NCBI GenBank assembly: GCA_964500775.1
Contig: CAZCQG010000005.1
Coordinates: 12,853-74,917, forward strand
Reading direction: 5' to 3'
DNA from: an uncultured Campylobacterales bacterium
GTDB lineage: Bacteria; Campylobacterota; Campylobacteria; Campylobacterales; CAZCQG01
DNA length: 62,065 nt
Shown: positions 28,490-39,593 of the stretch, one piece after another
How positions within the stretch are numbered: position 1 is the first letter of the stretch
How the letters are laid out: every line of letters begins with the position of its first letter
Made by a program: the position numbers and the translations under genes
The notes under the pieces: generated by a model
What the model saw: only the letters and a program-made list of their open reading frames with translations
Databases searched by the model: none
What the model was told of the DNA's origin: nothing

Positions 28490-29662
28490 ATGAGAAGTAC
28501 CCTACTGATTGTGGACGATGAGCCTGCCAATATAAAAATTCTTACCGAGATACTCCATCGCGATTATGAGTTATTGATCGCCACCGACGGAGAGAGGGCG
28601 ATAGAGATTGCCAAGAGCGAATTACCCGAGTGCATCTTACTTGACGTGGAAATGCCGATTATGGACGGATACGCGGTTTGCAAAAAAATCAAAGAAATAG
28701 AGGCTTGCGAAAATATCCCCATCATTTTCGTCACCGCTAAATCAGACGATGAAGACGAAGAGTACGGATTTAGTCTCGGCGCGGTCGACTATATCAAAAA
28801 ACCTTATAGAATCTCTTCAATCACGGCTCGAATCAATACCCACCTGAAACTCTACGAGCAAGAGAAGTTATTGCGAAACTTTAACGATGCGCTCGTAGAG
28901 CAAGTGGAGCTTGAGGTCGCCAATAGAATGAAAGCCGAAGCAGAAAAAAAAGCGCAAGACATTATCTTGATGCAACAAACAAAACTCGCCGAAACCGGAG
29001 AGATGCTAAGTGCCATAGCCCACCAATGGAAGCAGCCGCTTAATACCATCTCTTTACTCACCGGACTCATTTACGAAGGGGTACGCTACGAGGATATTCC
29101 CGCCGAAGAGTTGTACGACTACTGCGATTCTATCAACGAACAAGTGCAGTTTATGGCGCAAACCGTAAACGATTTTAGAAATTTCCTCTCGCCAAATAAA
29201 GAAAAAGCGGTATTTAACCCCAAAGAGGCGATGAACGTGATGCTACGGATGATAGGGCACCAACTAAAAAAAGAGTGTATCGCGACCGAAATATCCCGAA
29301 GCGAGGCGTATCTTGTCTACGGTATGGAGAATGAACTCAAGCAGGTGTTTTTAAACCTACTCAAAAATTCCAAGGACGCATTTGGAGAAGAGGTAAAAGA
29401 GAAGCGAATCGCCATCGACTTTTTTACAGAAGAAGATGTGGGACGCATAGTGTTTTGCGATAATGCCGGCGGCATACCCGCACATCTTTTGCCCGATAGA
29501 CTCTTTGAATCCTACGTCACCACCAAGGGAGAGGAAGGTACGGGCATCGGACTACAAATATCTAAAAGAATCATTGAGCAGAATTTCGGCGGGAAAATAG
29601 TCGCCTACAATACGCACGAGGGGGCTTGTTTTGAGATCTCGCTCCCTTTAGCCAAAAGATAG
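28490..29662 (+). CDS. Receiver-histidine kinase hybrid
   Basis: LLIVDD...ILLDVEMP receiver; IAHQWKQPL H-box; NLLKN, DNAGG, GTGIGL. Confidence 0.92.
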   Translation: MRSTLLIVDDEPANIKILTEILHRDYELLIATDGERAIEIAKSELPECILLDVEMPIMDGYAVCKKIKEIEACENIPIIFVTAKSDDEDEEYGFSLGAVDYIKKPYRISSITARINTHLKLYEQEKLLRNFNDALVEQVELEVANRMKAEAEKKAQDIILMQQTKLAETGEMLSAIAHQWKQPLNTISLLTGLIYEGVRYEDIPAEELYDYCDSINEQVQFMAQTVNDFRNFLSPNKEKAVFNPKEAMNVMLRMIGHQLKKECIATEISRSEAYLVYGMENELKQVFLNLLKNSKDAFGEEVKEKRIAIDFFTEEDVGRIVFCDNAGGIPAHLLPDRLFESYVTTKGEEGTGIGLQISKRIIEQNFGGKIVAYNTHEGACFEISLPLAKR

Positions 29663-32600
29663 TCGCTCTTTTACACCCTCCAAAAAGTGCTCTAAGGCTT
29701 TATAATCATACGAATCTAGAAGCTTTTTTGCCTCATTGCTTGTTTGGGCGTCGCCCATCTCCTCTAGCAAAGATAAAAAGCTCTCGCTATACTCCTTATC
29801 GATGAATTTCGCTTTTTTCACATCCTCCAAAAACTTTTCGAAAAACGCGGCGCTCGCTTTTTTGTTTTTTCTCTTTTTTTGCTTTGCATGTACCAATTTA
29901 GGAGAGATTTTCTCCTCTATCTCCCTACAAACCTCACCTAACAACCGCCGCAATTCCTCAATCTTTGTCGCCGAATTTGGAGCTATTTCTATCTCTTTTA
30001 CGAGGGCAAATAGAGTATACATAGCGAGATTCCCGCTTGTCCCTTTGAGCTTATGAAGAAAACTTTTTAGCATTTTTTCATCTCCAAGAAGTGCATCCCA
30101 ATCACAATCCTTGTAGCTCTCCTTGAATTGTTCGTAAATCTCGTACGCTGCTTTTTCGCCTATAGAGAGATTTTGTCGCAAACCCCTTATGTCGCAGTTT
30201 TGCAATACCGTCTCTTCTTCGCTACCTTTTTTCTCTATCTCGTCGCTTGCGTCTTTCACTCCGAAATAATGTTCTATGACCTTTTTTAGTTCACTTTTAT
30301 CTATCGGTTTGGCTATGTGCGCATCCATCCCCGCGGCTTTGGTGAGCTCTCTGTCTCTCTGCATCACCGCCGCGCTCAATGCTATTATCGGAGTCTTTTT
30401 GTCAAACTCGCGTATTTTTTTACTCGCTTCAAACCCATCCATCCCCGGCATTTGCAAATCCATAAAGATAATGTCAAATCGCTCTTGCTTTGAGATTCTT
30501 GCCGCCTCTTCACCCGAATCCACGGTAGTCACCGCAAAACCTATTTTTGAGAGAATACTCACCGCTACGAGACGATTTATCTCGTTGTCTTCGACGAGAA
30601 GAGCGCTTTTTTGAGCAGTGAGTATGTAGGGTCTAAACTCGCTTTGCCGTTTTTCAAAAGCCAAGTGATGCTCCAAATCGTTCGCATCGACTACTCCTAC
30701 GCGTATCGTGAAATAAAACGTGCTCCCTTTCCCCTCTTTGGACTCTACCCAAATCTCTCCACCCATAAGCTCCACAAGCCTTTTGCATATCATCAGCCCA
30801 AGCCCCGAGCCGCCGTACTTTCTCGTCGTAGAGCTATCTCCTTGTTCAAATGCTTGAAAAAGCTTCTCTTGTTTTTCTTTATCTATCCCTATCCCGCTAT
30901 CTTGTACCGAAAAGCGTAGCAATGCCTCATTTTCAACCTTTTGCTCCAAAGAGACCGAAACACTGACATCTCCGCTTTCGGTGAATTTGACTGCATTTCC
31001 TACGAGATTATTCAGTATCTGTGCGATGCGGAGCGGATCACCCATAAGGACTTCGGGGAGATTTGGATCAAGAGTGACGGAGAAGTCGAGATTTTTTTCG
31101 TAGATTTTGTAGCCAAACAAGTCGGAAATATTTTGCAAAAGTGTTTTGAGCGCAAACTCTTCATTGACAATTTCTAGTTTACCCGCTTCGATTTTTGAAT
31201 AATCCAAGATGTCATTAAGTACATTCAACAAGGCTTTCGAGGAGGATTGCGATTTTAGAAGATACTCTCTTTGCAAAGGTGTCGTATCCGTATCCAAGAC
31301 GATCTCCGTGAGCCCTATGATTCCGTTTAGAGGTGTACGAATCTCATGACTCATATTTGCCAAAAAGTCCGATTTCGCTTGATTCGCACTCTCGGCAGAT
31401 TCTTTGGCGAGCATCAATGCCTCTTCGTAAGCCTTTTTCTCGGTAACGTCTTTGGTAGTGATAAGGAGCCTTTTTCTATCGGGCAAAAGGGCGATACTCA
31501 TATTTATCGTGACGATTTTTCCGTCTTTGATAATGCACGATTTTTCAAAATTCTCTATATGTCCGCGCTCTAGAACCTCATTTATGGCGGCTTTTGCTCT
31601 AGCTACGTCTTTTGGTACGGTCATTCCGATGCATGACTTTTGCAAAAGCTCTTCCCTGCTAAAACCGGTTAGCTCCATATACGCACCGTTAAATTCTAAG
31701 AATCTCGATTCCAAATCCAAGATAGCGATGCCGTCTTTCGAGGCGTGAAATATCGTCTCAAACTCCTCTTTTTGCTCGGCGATTCTTCTTTGAGCCTCAA
31801 TCTTTTCGGTGATGTCGATACCGATAGTAAAGATGTAATCGGTGCTCCCGTCCTCTTTTTTGACTAGGGTATTCGACCATTCGAACATCCTCTCTTCCCC
31901 CTCTTTGGAGATCCACGTATTTTGGTAGGATTTGACTATCTCGCCCTTATTTGCCCTCGCGATGATTTCCGTCACCTTGTCGCGGATATTGGGGTTTAAG
32001 AATCTCGCCCAAAAATAGGGTTCTTTTGCTATCTCTTCTTGCGTGTATCCGGTAAACTCTTCTCCGTATTTATTGATTCTGCTCATCACGCCGTCGCTTC
32101 GTATCACGGCGATTACGGCGTTTGCATTATCGACTATCGTAGAGACGAAGTTTTTTTCTTTGAGAATCTCCTCTTTGAGCCGCTTTTCGCTACTTATATC
32201 CCGCGCGGAAGCATAGACGGTCTCCTTGCCGCCGAGCTTCATCCGCACGGCGGCGATTCCCGCATCATAGGTACTTCCGTCTTTTCTTACGTGTATCCGC
32301 TCAATATAGACGGGGGTATGCCCTATGTGTTTCATGATCTCTTTATACGCAGAGAGATTGCCTATCCCCTTATCCCAATCCACGACGCTTAATCGCCCCA
32401 TCTCCTCTTCATCGTATCCGAGCAATCTACTCGCCTCTTTGTTCCACTCTATGAGTTTCCCCGTATCGAGCGTCATAATAAATATCCCGTCAGACGCGAG
32501 ATTCATTATGTTTTTATAGCGTTGCTTCTCTAGCTTTAACGTTTGCGCGAGGTGCTTAGAATCGGTAATATCGTTAAACGTCTTGTATAGAAAATGCTCC

Positions 32601-34015
32601 CCTTCGATCTCGACGACGGAGACATTGGCGGCTATATCGAGAATCTCTCCGCTCTTTGTTTTGTGTCTCGTCTCAAACCTATCCCATCCCTTGTGGAGGA
32701 TGTTTTTTTGCCTCCGCACTATCTCCTCTTCGTTTTCGACTATATCTATGTCTTTGATGTGGAGCGAGAGGAGTTCTTTCATGTCATACCCATACATTAT
32801 GCTCGCCCTTGGATTCGCATCGACTATTTTGCCGCTACTCGGCTCGACTAGCAATATAGCGTCGAGCGAAGCGTTAAAGAGGGTAGAGAATTTCGCTTCG
32901 GTCTTTTTTGCCTCGTAACGCAAATTCTCATACGCCCGCTCTTTGTTGCCTATTTTATTACGCGCATATAGCACTAGCGCAAAAAACAAAACCGAAGCTA
33001 CAAGTGCGAAAGTGATGAGTTCAATCCCATACTCTTTCCACGCATCAAACTCTTGATTGCGTATCACGGCATCTTTATAATAACTCGCGTCTATTCCAAA
33101 TCGCTTTGCGATCGCAGCGTCAAAATAGAGTTGCATCGTGGGAATCACGGCGGGAAATCTACCGTGTTTGTGATAATACGTTGCGGCATTAAGGACGTTT
33201 TTGCCTATCGTCAAACCATCCGACATATATCCGCCGACTATCCCTGCATCCGCGAAGGTAGAGTAAAACGCATAGATGGGAGCATTTGAGACGCTTGCTA
33301 TCTCTTTGAGTATCGCTTTTGGGGAGGCTTTGTATCCCTCTTTGTCTTGAAAAAGCAAGGTATAAAATACAATATCATTTTTTCCCGATTCGGAGACTTT
33401 TTGTTTGTATTCCGCCATAGAAAGCCCCGTGAGATTCTTGGGAGTGATGCCGTATTTCTGCACCAAAATTCTCCCGATGATCTCTCTTTGCTCCATAGGG
33501 AGCGCCCGTTTGTCGTGGATGACATAGACGTTTCTAGGCGAGGGGGTTTGCTCTAGGGCAATGGCTATGGTTTTTTCTATCGCCACGCTATCGTTATGGG
33601 TGATGATGTAGCGATTGTCCCTATCTGCGCTTTTTGGGATCATATCGTAGTAAGAGATCGTGGGGTGCGATGAGCCTAGGAGGGTTTCGTATCTACGAAT
33701 AAAATCGGAGGCGAAATCGCCGTGCGTAATAATCCCCGCAAACTCCAAATCGTGGTATTTTTTTTGAATATACTCGACAATCTCGCTATCTTCTAGCGGA
33801 TGCCCTACTCTATGGATGTCGAAAAATTCATAAAAAAGCTCAATATCTCCGCGACTTTTCGCGCTCTGCTCTAGCCCGTCTATAAAGATTTTCGTCCAAG
33901 GGAGGTCGCTATTATAGGAGAGTAGCACCAAATAACGCTCTTTTTCGAGTGCTTGAAGGAGTGTGGGCACGAACAATGCTATCAAGAGCAAGCACATCGA
34001 GAAAAGGCGTTTCAT
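29648..34015 (-). CDS. Multi-PAS hybrid sensor kinase (periplasmic sensor, 4 PAS, HisKA, HATPase, REC, Hpt)
   Basis: Four PAS repeats, [44 protein letters not shown]. Confidence 0.93.
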   Translation of the reverse strand: MKRLFSMCLLLIALFVPTLLQALEKERYLVLLSYNSDLPWTKIFIDGLEQSAKSRGDIELFYEFFDIHRVGHPLEDSEIVEYIQKKYHDLEFAGIITHGDFASDFIRRYETLLGSSHPTISYYDMIPKSADRDNRYIITHNDSVAIEKTIAIALEQTPSPRNVYVIHDKRALPMEQREIIGRILVQKYGITPKNLTGLSMAEYKQKVSESGKNDIVFYTLLFQDKEGYKASPKAILKEIASVSNAPIYAFYSTFADAGIVGGYMSDGLTIGKNVLNAATYYHKHGRFPAVIPTMQLYFDAAIAKRFGIDASYYKDAVIRNQEFDAWKEYGIELITFALVASVLFFALVLYARNKIGNKERAYENLRYEAKKTEAKFSTLFNASLDAILLVEPSSGKIVDANPRASIMYGYDMKELLSLHIKDIDIVENEEEIVRRQKNILHKGWDRFETRHKTKSGEILDIAANVSVVEIEGEHFLYKTFNDITDSKHLAQTLKLEKQRYKNIMNLASDGIFIMTLDTGKLIEWNKEASRLLGYDEEEMGRLSVVDWDKGIGNLSAYKEIMKHIGHTPVYIERIHVRKDGSTYDAGIAAVRMKLGGKETVYASARDISSEKRLKEEILKEKNFVSTIVDNANAVIAVIRSDGVMSRINKYGEEFTGYTQEEIAKEPYFWARFLNPNIRDKVTEIIARANKGEIVKSYQNTWISKEGEERMFEWSNTLVKKEDGSTDYIFTIGIDITEKIEAQRRIAEQKEEFETIFHASKDGIAILDLESRFLEFNGAYMELTGFSREELLQKSCIGMTVPKDVARAKAAINEVLERGHIENFEKSCIIKDGKIVTINMSIALLPDRKRLLITTKDVTEKKAYEEALMLAKESAESANQAKSDFLANMSHEIRTPLNGIIGLTEIVLDTDTTPLQREYLLKSQSSSKALLNVLNDILDYSKIEAGKLEIVNEEFALKTLLQNISDLFGYKIYEKNLDFSVTLDPNLPEVLMGDPLRIAQILNNLVGNAVKFTESGDVSVSVSLEQKVENEALLRFSVQDSGIGIDKEKQEKLFQAFEQGDSSTTRKYGGSGLGLMICKRLVELMGGEIWVESKEGKGSTFYFTIRVGVVDANDLEHHLAFEKRQSEFRPYILTAQKSALLVEDNEINRLVAVSILSKIGFAVTTVDSGEEAARISKQERFDIIFMDLQMPGMDGFEASKKIREFDKKTPIIALSAAVMQRDRELTKAAGMDAHIAKPIDKSELKKVIEHYFGVKDASDEIEKKGSEEETVLQNCDIRGLRQNLSIGEKAAYEIYEQFKESYKDCDWDALLGDEKMLKSFLHKLKGTSGNLAMYTLFALVKEIEIAPNSATKIEELRRLLGEVCREIEEKISPKLVHAKQKKRKNKKASAAFFEKFLEDVKKAKFIDKEYSESFLSLLEEMGDAQTSNEAKKLLDSYDYKALEHFLEGVKERLSFG

Positions 34016-34127
34016 TGACAATTCCTTAAAAATATGGCAAAAAAATGTCGACAATTGTGACATAGCAATATTTGCAGGGAGTTGACGGGTAATTTACGGA
34101 AGCTTTTATCAGCTTACTTTAAGCTAA

Positions 34128-35714
34128 TCACCTCGCAAGCATCTCCCGCAAAAGTGCGTCTAGATCGACATTTAGCCCGAGAATCCTAGAGTAGATGATG
34201 TAGTTGCCCAGTACTTTTTTGCCATAGAGTTTTGATTCGTCGTAGTGGACTAGCTCTAGGCTTAGCCACGGTTGGAATCTCCCTTTTTCAAACATCCCCT
34301 TTTGCTCTAACATACGCCGCGTAAAACCGCCGCCGCCGTTGTACGCATATGCGATAAAGAGGGGGTGCTTAAATTCATTCTCCAAGCGATCGATGAGGAA
34401 ATTGGCATATTCGACATTTTTTGCAGGCTCAAACATACTATCAAGATTCGCCTCCTCTTTTTTTTCACCCGCTATCCATTCGACGTTAAAAGGCATAATC
34501 TGCATCATCCCCAGCGCATACGAGGTTGAGACGGAGGCGGGGATAAATATCGATTCTTGTTTAGCGAGCGCATACAAAAGTGCTGCTCTCTGCTTGGGGT
34601 AGCTCTCTATGACATCTTTATACGCACGGATAAAATAGTGTTTCGCGAATCCCTCTTTTCTTTGGAGCGCGAGTGCGAGATACGGGAGATTGCGCGTGCC
34701 CGAAAAGAGCTGCAAGAGCTCTTGGGTCTTCATATCTTTTATTTTGGATTCGTATTGCGCCCATACGAGCGGATCGTACGTAGGATACTCAGAATCTACG
34801 CCGCTAGATGCCACGTCGCTGATGATATTAAAACGGGGTTCTTTTTTGAGGAAGTGGTAGGCGTAGATAGTGTAGAGATTCGGGTCATTTTGGGCGATGA
34901 GCTTTTTGAGATGCGCGTTGTTTTTTGTGATGAGGTATTTCCAAAAAAGTGCCCTTGAGATAAAAAACGGGTGCTCTGTAGATTCTAACGTCCTATCGAG
35001 ATATTTGAGCGCCACCCATTTTTTATCGTGCATAAGGGCATTTATCGCGAGGAGAAATTTGCTCTTATGGTCGGCTTTTTTTATATCCACGGGTATGAGT
35101 GAGCGCTGCAAGGCTTGGAGATTTGGATTGGTGACTATGAGCTTGATAAATTGGTACAGCGCACCTGAATCACTATCGAGATTCTCTATCACTTTTTTGG
35201 GAATGACCCTATTGAGATAGGTATTTCGATACTCCTCCCCACACCCGTTAAAAACGCTCAAAAAGACCTCTTTCTCCGATCGCTGCCACTCGACATGAGG
35301 TTTTTTTGCTTCCAAGATTTTGAGGATTTTGTACTCTTTATCTTGGATGGCAAACTGCTTTTCAAGCGTCCTTAGCTCTTTAGATTCCAAGGTAGCGATA
35401 TTTTGGATGTTAAATCCCTCTTTGATACACCCTTTGTCTTTGTCGAGGAGTGCTTTGGCGGGGAGTTTTGAGCACTCAAATTTTTTGCGCACTTCGGGGT
35501 CATCGCTTTTTTGGGCGTAGGCGCTAAAGAGTTTGTAGTTGTCTCTATTTACGAGCGAGTACGCCTCTTTGGCTTGCGAAGCGTTGCTTTCGCTGTTTAA
35601 ATATCTCCAAATGTAAAAATCGCGCTCAATGCTCTTTGGCGCGTCGCTCAACATCTCTAACGTAATCTCTCTGCCGAAAGCTAAAATCGGGAGTAAAAAA
35701 AGGAGAAAGCGCAA
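34128..35714 (-). CDS. slt: Soluble lytic transglycosylase
   Basis: ALAKQESIF, ALGMMQIMPFN, AYAYNGGGGF, ESKLYGKKVL catalytic-domain motifs. Confidence 0.9.
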   Translation of the reverse strand: MRFLLFLLPILAFGREITLEMLSDAPKSIERDFYIWRYLNSESNASQAKEAYSLVNRDNYKLFSAYAQKSDDPEVRKKFECSKLPAKALLDKDKGCIKEGFNIQNIATLESKELRTLEKQFAIQDKEYKILKILEAKKPHVEWQRSEKEVFLSVFNGCGEEYRNTYLNRVIPKKVIENLDSDSGALYQFIKLIVTNPNLQALQRSLIPVDIKKADHKSKFLLAINALMHDKKWVALKYLDRTLESTEHPFFISRALFWKYLITKNNAHLKKLIAQNDPNLYTIYAYHFLKKEPRFNIISDVASSGVDSEYPTYDPLVWAQYESKIKDMKTQELLQLFSGTRNLPYLALALQRKEGFAKHYFIRAYKDVIESYPKQRAALLYALAKQESIFIPASVSTSYALGMMQIMPFNVEWIAGEKKEEANLDSMFEPAKNVEYANFLIDRLENEFKHPLFIAYAYNGGGGFTRRMLEQKGMFEKGRFQPWLSLELVHYDESKLYGKKVLGNYIIYSRILGLNVDLDALLREMLAR

Positions 35715-35716
35715 GC

Positions 35717-36010
35717 TTACATTGCTCCTGATATTTGAAACAGGAGTTTTACGAAAAAGAGATTGATAAACTGCAACGCGAGAATCACGATAATAGGGGC
35801 GATGTCTATACCTCCTATCATCGTAGGGACGTAGCGTCGGAGCTTCTCATACACCGGCTCGGTGAGGCGTCGCAAGATTTGGACTATCGGATTATACGGA
35901 TCCGGATTTACCCAAGTGATGAGGGCGGCAATGATGACGACCCAAATGTAGATGTTTATCACCATCCCCAAGATTTGCGCGATGGCTTGCAAAAGTGTTT
36001 CAAATACCAT
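35717..36010 (-). CDS. yggT: YggT family membrane protein
   Basis: ALITWVNPDPYNPIVQ...LTEP...GIDIAPI. Confidence 0.92.
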   Translation of the reverse strand: MVFETLLQAIAQILGMVINIYIWVVIIAALITWVNPDPYNPIVQILRRLTEPVYEKLRRYVPTMIGGIDIAPIIVILALQFINLFFVKLLFQISGAM

Positions 36011-36018
36011 TTCGACTC

Positions 36019-37317
36019 CTAATATATTATGTTTTTGAGGTGCGTTTTTATCACCGGATAGAGCTCGCTTAGCTCCGCGCCGTGTTCGCTATTAGTGAGG
36101 AGATAGCGGAGCGGTTTGAAGAGATTCTTCCCTTTGAGACCGCTTTTTTCCACGAGGGCGTTTTTGAGCGTATCGTAACTCTCTAGGTTTTTATCGTTGG
36201 AATCTATCATATCCAAAAAGAGCGACTTTAAGGTTGCAAACCCTTCCGCGTACTCTTCTGGAGCGCTTTTTTGGGCAAAAATGGGCAAGACGTTTTGTTT
36301 AAGCTCTTCTAGCGTGGAGCTTTGGTCTTTGTAGAAATCTACTACGTTTTCTAACTCCGATTCTAATCCCATCTCTTGCGCAAGGAGCTTAGAATCTAAC
36401 ATCTTGATGTGTCCGCGATTGATAAATCGGAGCTTGTCGATTGAGAACTTCGCGGGGGCTTTGGAGATATTGGCAATCTCGTAGAATCCCGCCGCTTCGT
36501 CCAACGTAAAAACCTCGCGCTCCATACTGTTGCCTAACAGCAAAAGGTAATTGGCAATCGCATCAGGTAAGAATCCCGATTCTAAAAGCCACTTCACGCT
36601 TGAGGCGTTATCGCGCTTGCTCATCTTTTTCCCTTCGTCGTTCAAGATGATAGGAAGGTGGGCGTAGCGCATCACGGATTCACTTCCGAGGCATCTTTGG
36701 ATGTGTATCTGACGCGGGGTGTTACTCAAATGATCTTCGCCGCGGACTATGTAGGTGATGCCGTAGTGCAGGTCATCCACCGCACACGCCATATTGTAGG
36801 TAGGCGTACCGTCGGCACGAAGAATCACGAAGGGGTCGAGCTCCTCTTTGTCGATGCAAAATTCGCCGCGGATTTCGTCTTTGAAACTAATAGATTCTTT
36901 GGGTTGGCAGATGCGCACCACAAACTCGGGATTCTCCCCTTTTTGCAGCTCTGCCCAAGCTATGTCGTAGCGGAAGGGCTGCTTATTATTTGCCGCCTCC
37001 TCCCGTTTTGCGTCCAAAAACTCTTTGGTGCAGTGGCATTTAAACGCCAAACCTTTCTCCAAAAGCTCCTGCGCTTTTTGTCTGTGGAGTTCTAGATTGC
37101 CGCTTTGGTAGACCACTTCGTTGTATGCGATTCCAAACAAATCGAGAATCTCCAATATCTCCTTATCCTTACCGGGGATATTGCGCTCTTTGTCGGTGTC
37201 TTCGATACGGATAAGTATGTCGATCCCTAGCTGCTTGGACAATAGGGCGTTCATCACCGCCGCACGGAGGTTTCCTATGTGCATATCTCCCGTAGGACTG
37301 GGGGCAAATCGTAGCAT
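36019..37317 (-). CDS. gltX: Glutamate--tRNA ligase 2 (Campylobacterota second GluRS)
   Basis: MLRFAPSPTGDMHIGNLR, LIRIEDTD, RGEDHLSNT, KKMSKR; start matches the recalled Helicobacter GluRS2. Confidence 0.93.
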   Translation of the reverse strand: MLRFAPSPTGDMHIGNLRAAVMNALLSKQLGIDILIRIEDTDKERNIPGKDKEILEILDLFGIAYNEVVYQSGNLELHRQKAQELLEKGLAFKCHCTKEFLDAKREEAANNKQPFRYDIAWAELQKGENPEFVVRICQPKESISFKDEIRGEFCIDKEELDPFVILRADGTPTYNMACAVDDLHYGITYIVRGEDHLSNTPRQIHIQRCLGSESVMRYAHLPIILNDEGKKMSKRDNASSVKWLLESGFLPDAIANYLLLLGNSMEREVFTLDEAAGFYEIANISKAPAKFSIDKLRFINRGHIKMLDSKLLAQEMGLESELENVVDFYKDQSSTLEELKQNVLPIFAQKSAPEEYAEGFATLKSLFLDMIDSNDKNLESYDTLKNALVEKSGLKGKNLFKPLRYLLTNSEHGAELSELYPVIKTHLKNIIY

Positions 37318-37446
37318 TTTGGCATCTCCCTTGAAGTAAAATCGCGATTGTACCAAAATAGACTAAAGGGGATTTGAGCTGCCTTTTTGTGCGGCATATT
37401 TTTCATACGGGAAAACTACGGGCGAAAAGAGATAGCTCAAATCGCA

Positions 37447-38787
37447 CTAGAGTATGACTTCGACTTTTGTACCTTCATTGAGTTTAGAATCGATGCGCAG
37501 AGTTCCGTTATGGATTTCGACGATCTGTTTTACAAGGCTTAATCCAAGCCCAAATCCATCAAAACGCCTGCTTCTGGCTTTATCGACGCGATAAAATCTA
37601 TGGGTTATTTTCAAAAGATCTTCTTCAGCGATTCCGATACCGTTATCTTCGACGATAAAATGGATGCCTTCATCTTTATAAAGTCGTATGTCAATATGCG
37701 CGGATTGGGGTTTTGAATACTTGATGGCATTATCGATAATGTTGTGAAATAGCGAATAGACGAGCGATTCGTCACTTTGAACGGCTATCGGTTCTATCGC
37801 CGAAAGGGTCAGTTTGATATTTTTATCAATCGCCTTGCTATTGAGTTTTTCTATACAATTGAGCAATATTACGTCAATATCGACACTCTTTTTTAATTCG
37901 TCTAGCTTATTTTTATCATAATAATTGAGCATCAAAAGAGAGTGTACGATTTTTGTGAGCAATCCACTCTCTTGCTTGATAGTTTTTAAAGTTTGGATAT
38001 ATTCTTCACTTGTTCTCTCTTTCTTTAATATAACGTCAACTTCGCCGTTTATCACGGTTAAAGGCGTTTGGAATTCATGAGAAACGTCGCTATTAAATCT
38101 CTCTATTCTTAGTATCCCCTCTTTTAATCTCTCTATCATCGAGTTGAATGTTTTTGCCAATTTATCCATCTCTTTGTATTCATTTCGTATCGGTATCGAG
38201 GTGTCTAAATTATTTACGGTGATTTGATTTGCCGTATTTGTCATCGTATGGATGGGAATTAGTACCTTATCTACCAATTTTGACGTAAAGAAGAGTATGC
38301 TCAATAACACGATAACGGTTAGTACGATTATGATTCCGATGATTGATTCTGCTCCTTGATCGACATCCTCTTGGTATACGATGAGCATCAAAGGAGTATT
38401 GTCTTGGCGGATACAGTAGAGTGCGCTTTTATACTCTATTTCATCGATAATAAAAAAGGCTACGTCTTGATTCTCGCACGCTAGGAAGTGTTTTTTTGAC
38501 GATTTGCTATCGCTAGCCAAAATCGTATTTGTTTGTATATTTACGATTTGAAATCCGGTGCTATCGGCATACTCGTTAAAAATCCTAGTTTGCAAACTTT
38601 CAGAATCTAGCATCGGTAATACGGTGCTTTCTAATAATTCCGCACTATTAGAGAGTTTGAGTTCGATTTGGGATTGTAAGTTTTGGGTTAGGAGTACATA
38701 AAAAAATACGTTAAAGAAAAATAGAATAAAAAAGAGAACGCTTCCAAACCAAACAAGTATACTCGTCTTTAAGCTTTTATGCTTCAA
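37447..38787 (-). CDS. HAMP sensor histidine kinase
   Basis: Two TM segments, HAMP, DVSHEFQTPL, NIIDNAIKY, DNGIG, GFGLGL. Confidence 0.93.
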   Translation of the reverse strand: MKHKSLKTSILVWFGSVLFFILFFFNVFFYVLLTQNLQSQIELKLSNSAELLESTVLPMLDSESLQTRIFNEYADSTGFQIVNIQTNTILASDSKSSKKHFLACENQDVAFFIIDEIEYKSALYCIRQDNTPLMLIVYQEDVDQGAESIIGIIIVLTVIVLLSILFFTSKLVDKVLIPIHTMTNTANQITVNNLDTSIPIRNEYKEMDKLAKTFNSMIERLKEGILRIERFNSDVSHEFQTPLTVINGEVDVILKKERTSEEYIQTLKTIKQESGLLTKIVHSLLMLNYYDKNKLDELKKSVDIDVILLNCIEKLNSKAIDKNIKLTLSAIEPIAVQSDESLVYSLFHNIIDNAIKYSKPQSAHIDIRLYKDEGIHFIVEDNGIGIAEEDLLKITHRFYRVDKARSRRFDGFGLGLSLVKQIVEIHNGTLRIDSKLNEGTKVEVIL

Positions 38788-39433
38788 TTTTATACCCTAC
38801 TCCGCGCATAGATTTAATCATCTCTTTTCCGATTTTCTTCCTCAAATGGTATATCGTAACATTAATAACATTGGAGTTGATATACTCCTCGTTTGACCAA
38901 AGCTCATTTTCTATCATAGAGACCGAAACATAGCTCTTTTTGTGCTTTATCAAAAAAAGCAATAAAGAGTACTCTTTATTGCTAAGTTCAAGAAGCTTCT
39001 CCCCTTTTTCTACCTTTTTTTTATCCGTATCGATTGCCAAGTCACCGATTTTTATGGTATTTACGCCTTTGGATAGGTTTCTTCTGTACAGCGCCTCTAT
39101 CCTTGCTAGAAGTTCGTCATACTCAAAAGGTTTTTTTAAAAAATCATCCGCCCCTCCGTTGAGACTACTCACGATACTGCGCGTATCGGTTTTTGCGGTA
39201 AGCATCAATACGGGTGTCTGAATATTTTTTTCACGGATTCTGCTTAAAACTTCCAATCCCTCAATCTCCGGCAACATCCAATCCAAAATCGCGACATCGT
39301 AGCTATTTTGCTCCAACATATACACCCCTTCGCTCCCGTCTAAAGCGACATCAAGAGTGTGTCCATCTTCAATAAAACCCCTTTTTAAAAAAGATATTAT
39401 GTGTTCGTCATCCTCTATTAAAAGCAGCTTCAC
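38777..39433 (-). CDS. OmpR family response regulator
   Basis: LLIEDD, ILDWMLP, KPF, VTIYHLRKKI..MRGVGY. Confidence 0.95.
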   Translation of the reverse strand: MKLLLIEDDEHIISFLKRGFIEDGHTLDVALDGSEGVYMLEQNSYDVAILDWMLPEIEGLEVLSRIREKNIQTPVLMLTAKTDTRSIVSSLNGGADDFLKKPFEYDELLARIEALYRRNLSKGVNTIKIGDLAIDTDKKKVEKGEKLLELSNKEYSLLLFLIKHKKSYVSVSMIENELWSNEEYINSNVINVTIYHLRKKIGKEMIKSMRGVGYKIEA

Positions 39434-39483
39434 CCGTGCCCCCTAGTTTATCGTCTCTGTGTGATTGTATTGTAAAAATCCTA

Positions 39484-39530
39484 GATGAAACAGGGATGAA
39501 ATCTCATAAACTTTTCATCCTCAATTCATT
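39484..39530. promoter_or_regulatory. Putative OmpR-type binding sites in the divergent promoter
   Basis: GATGAAA at 39484 and 39495 (11 bp period); opposite-strand TTTCATC/ATTCATT at 39513 and 39524 (11 bp period). Confidence 0.55.
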
Positions 39531-39593
39531 TTCAAATTTTACAATCCCGCTTCGATCGAAAATCAAGAACAAAGAGGAGAGAAAAGCTCGGTA

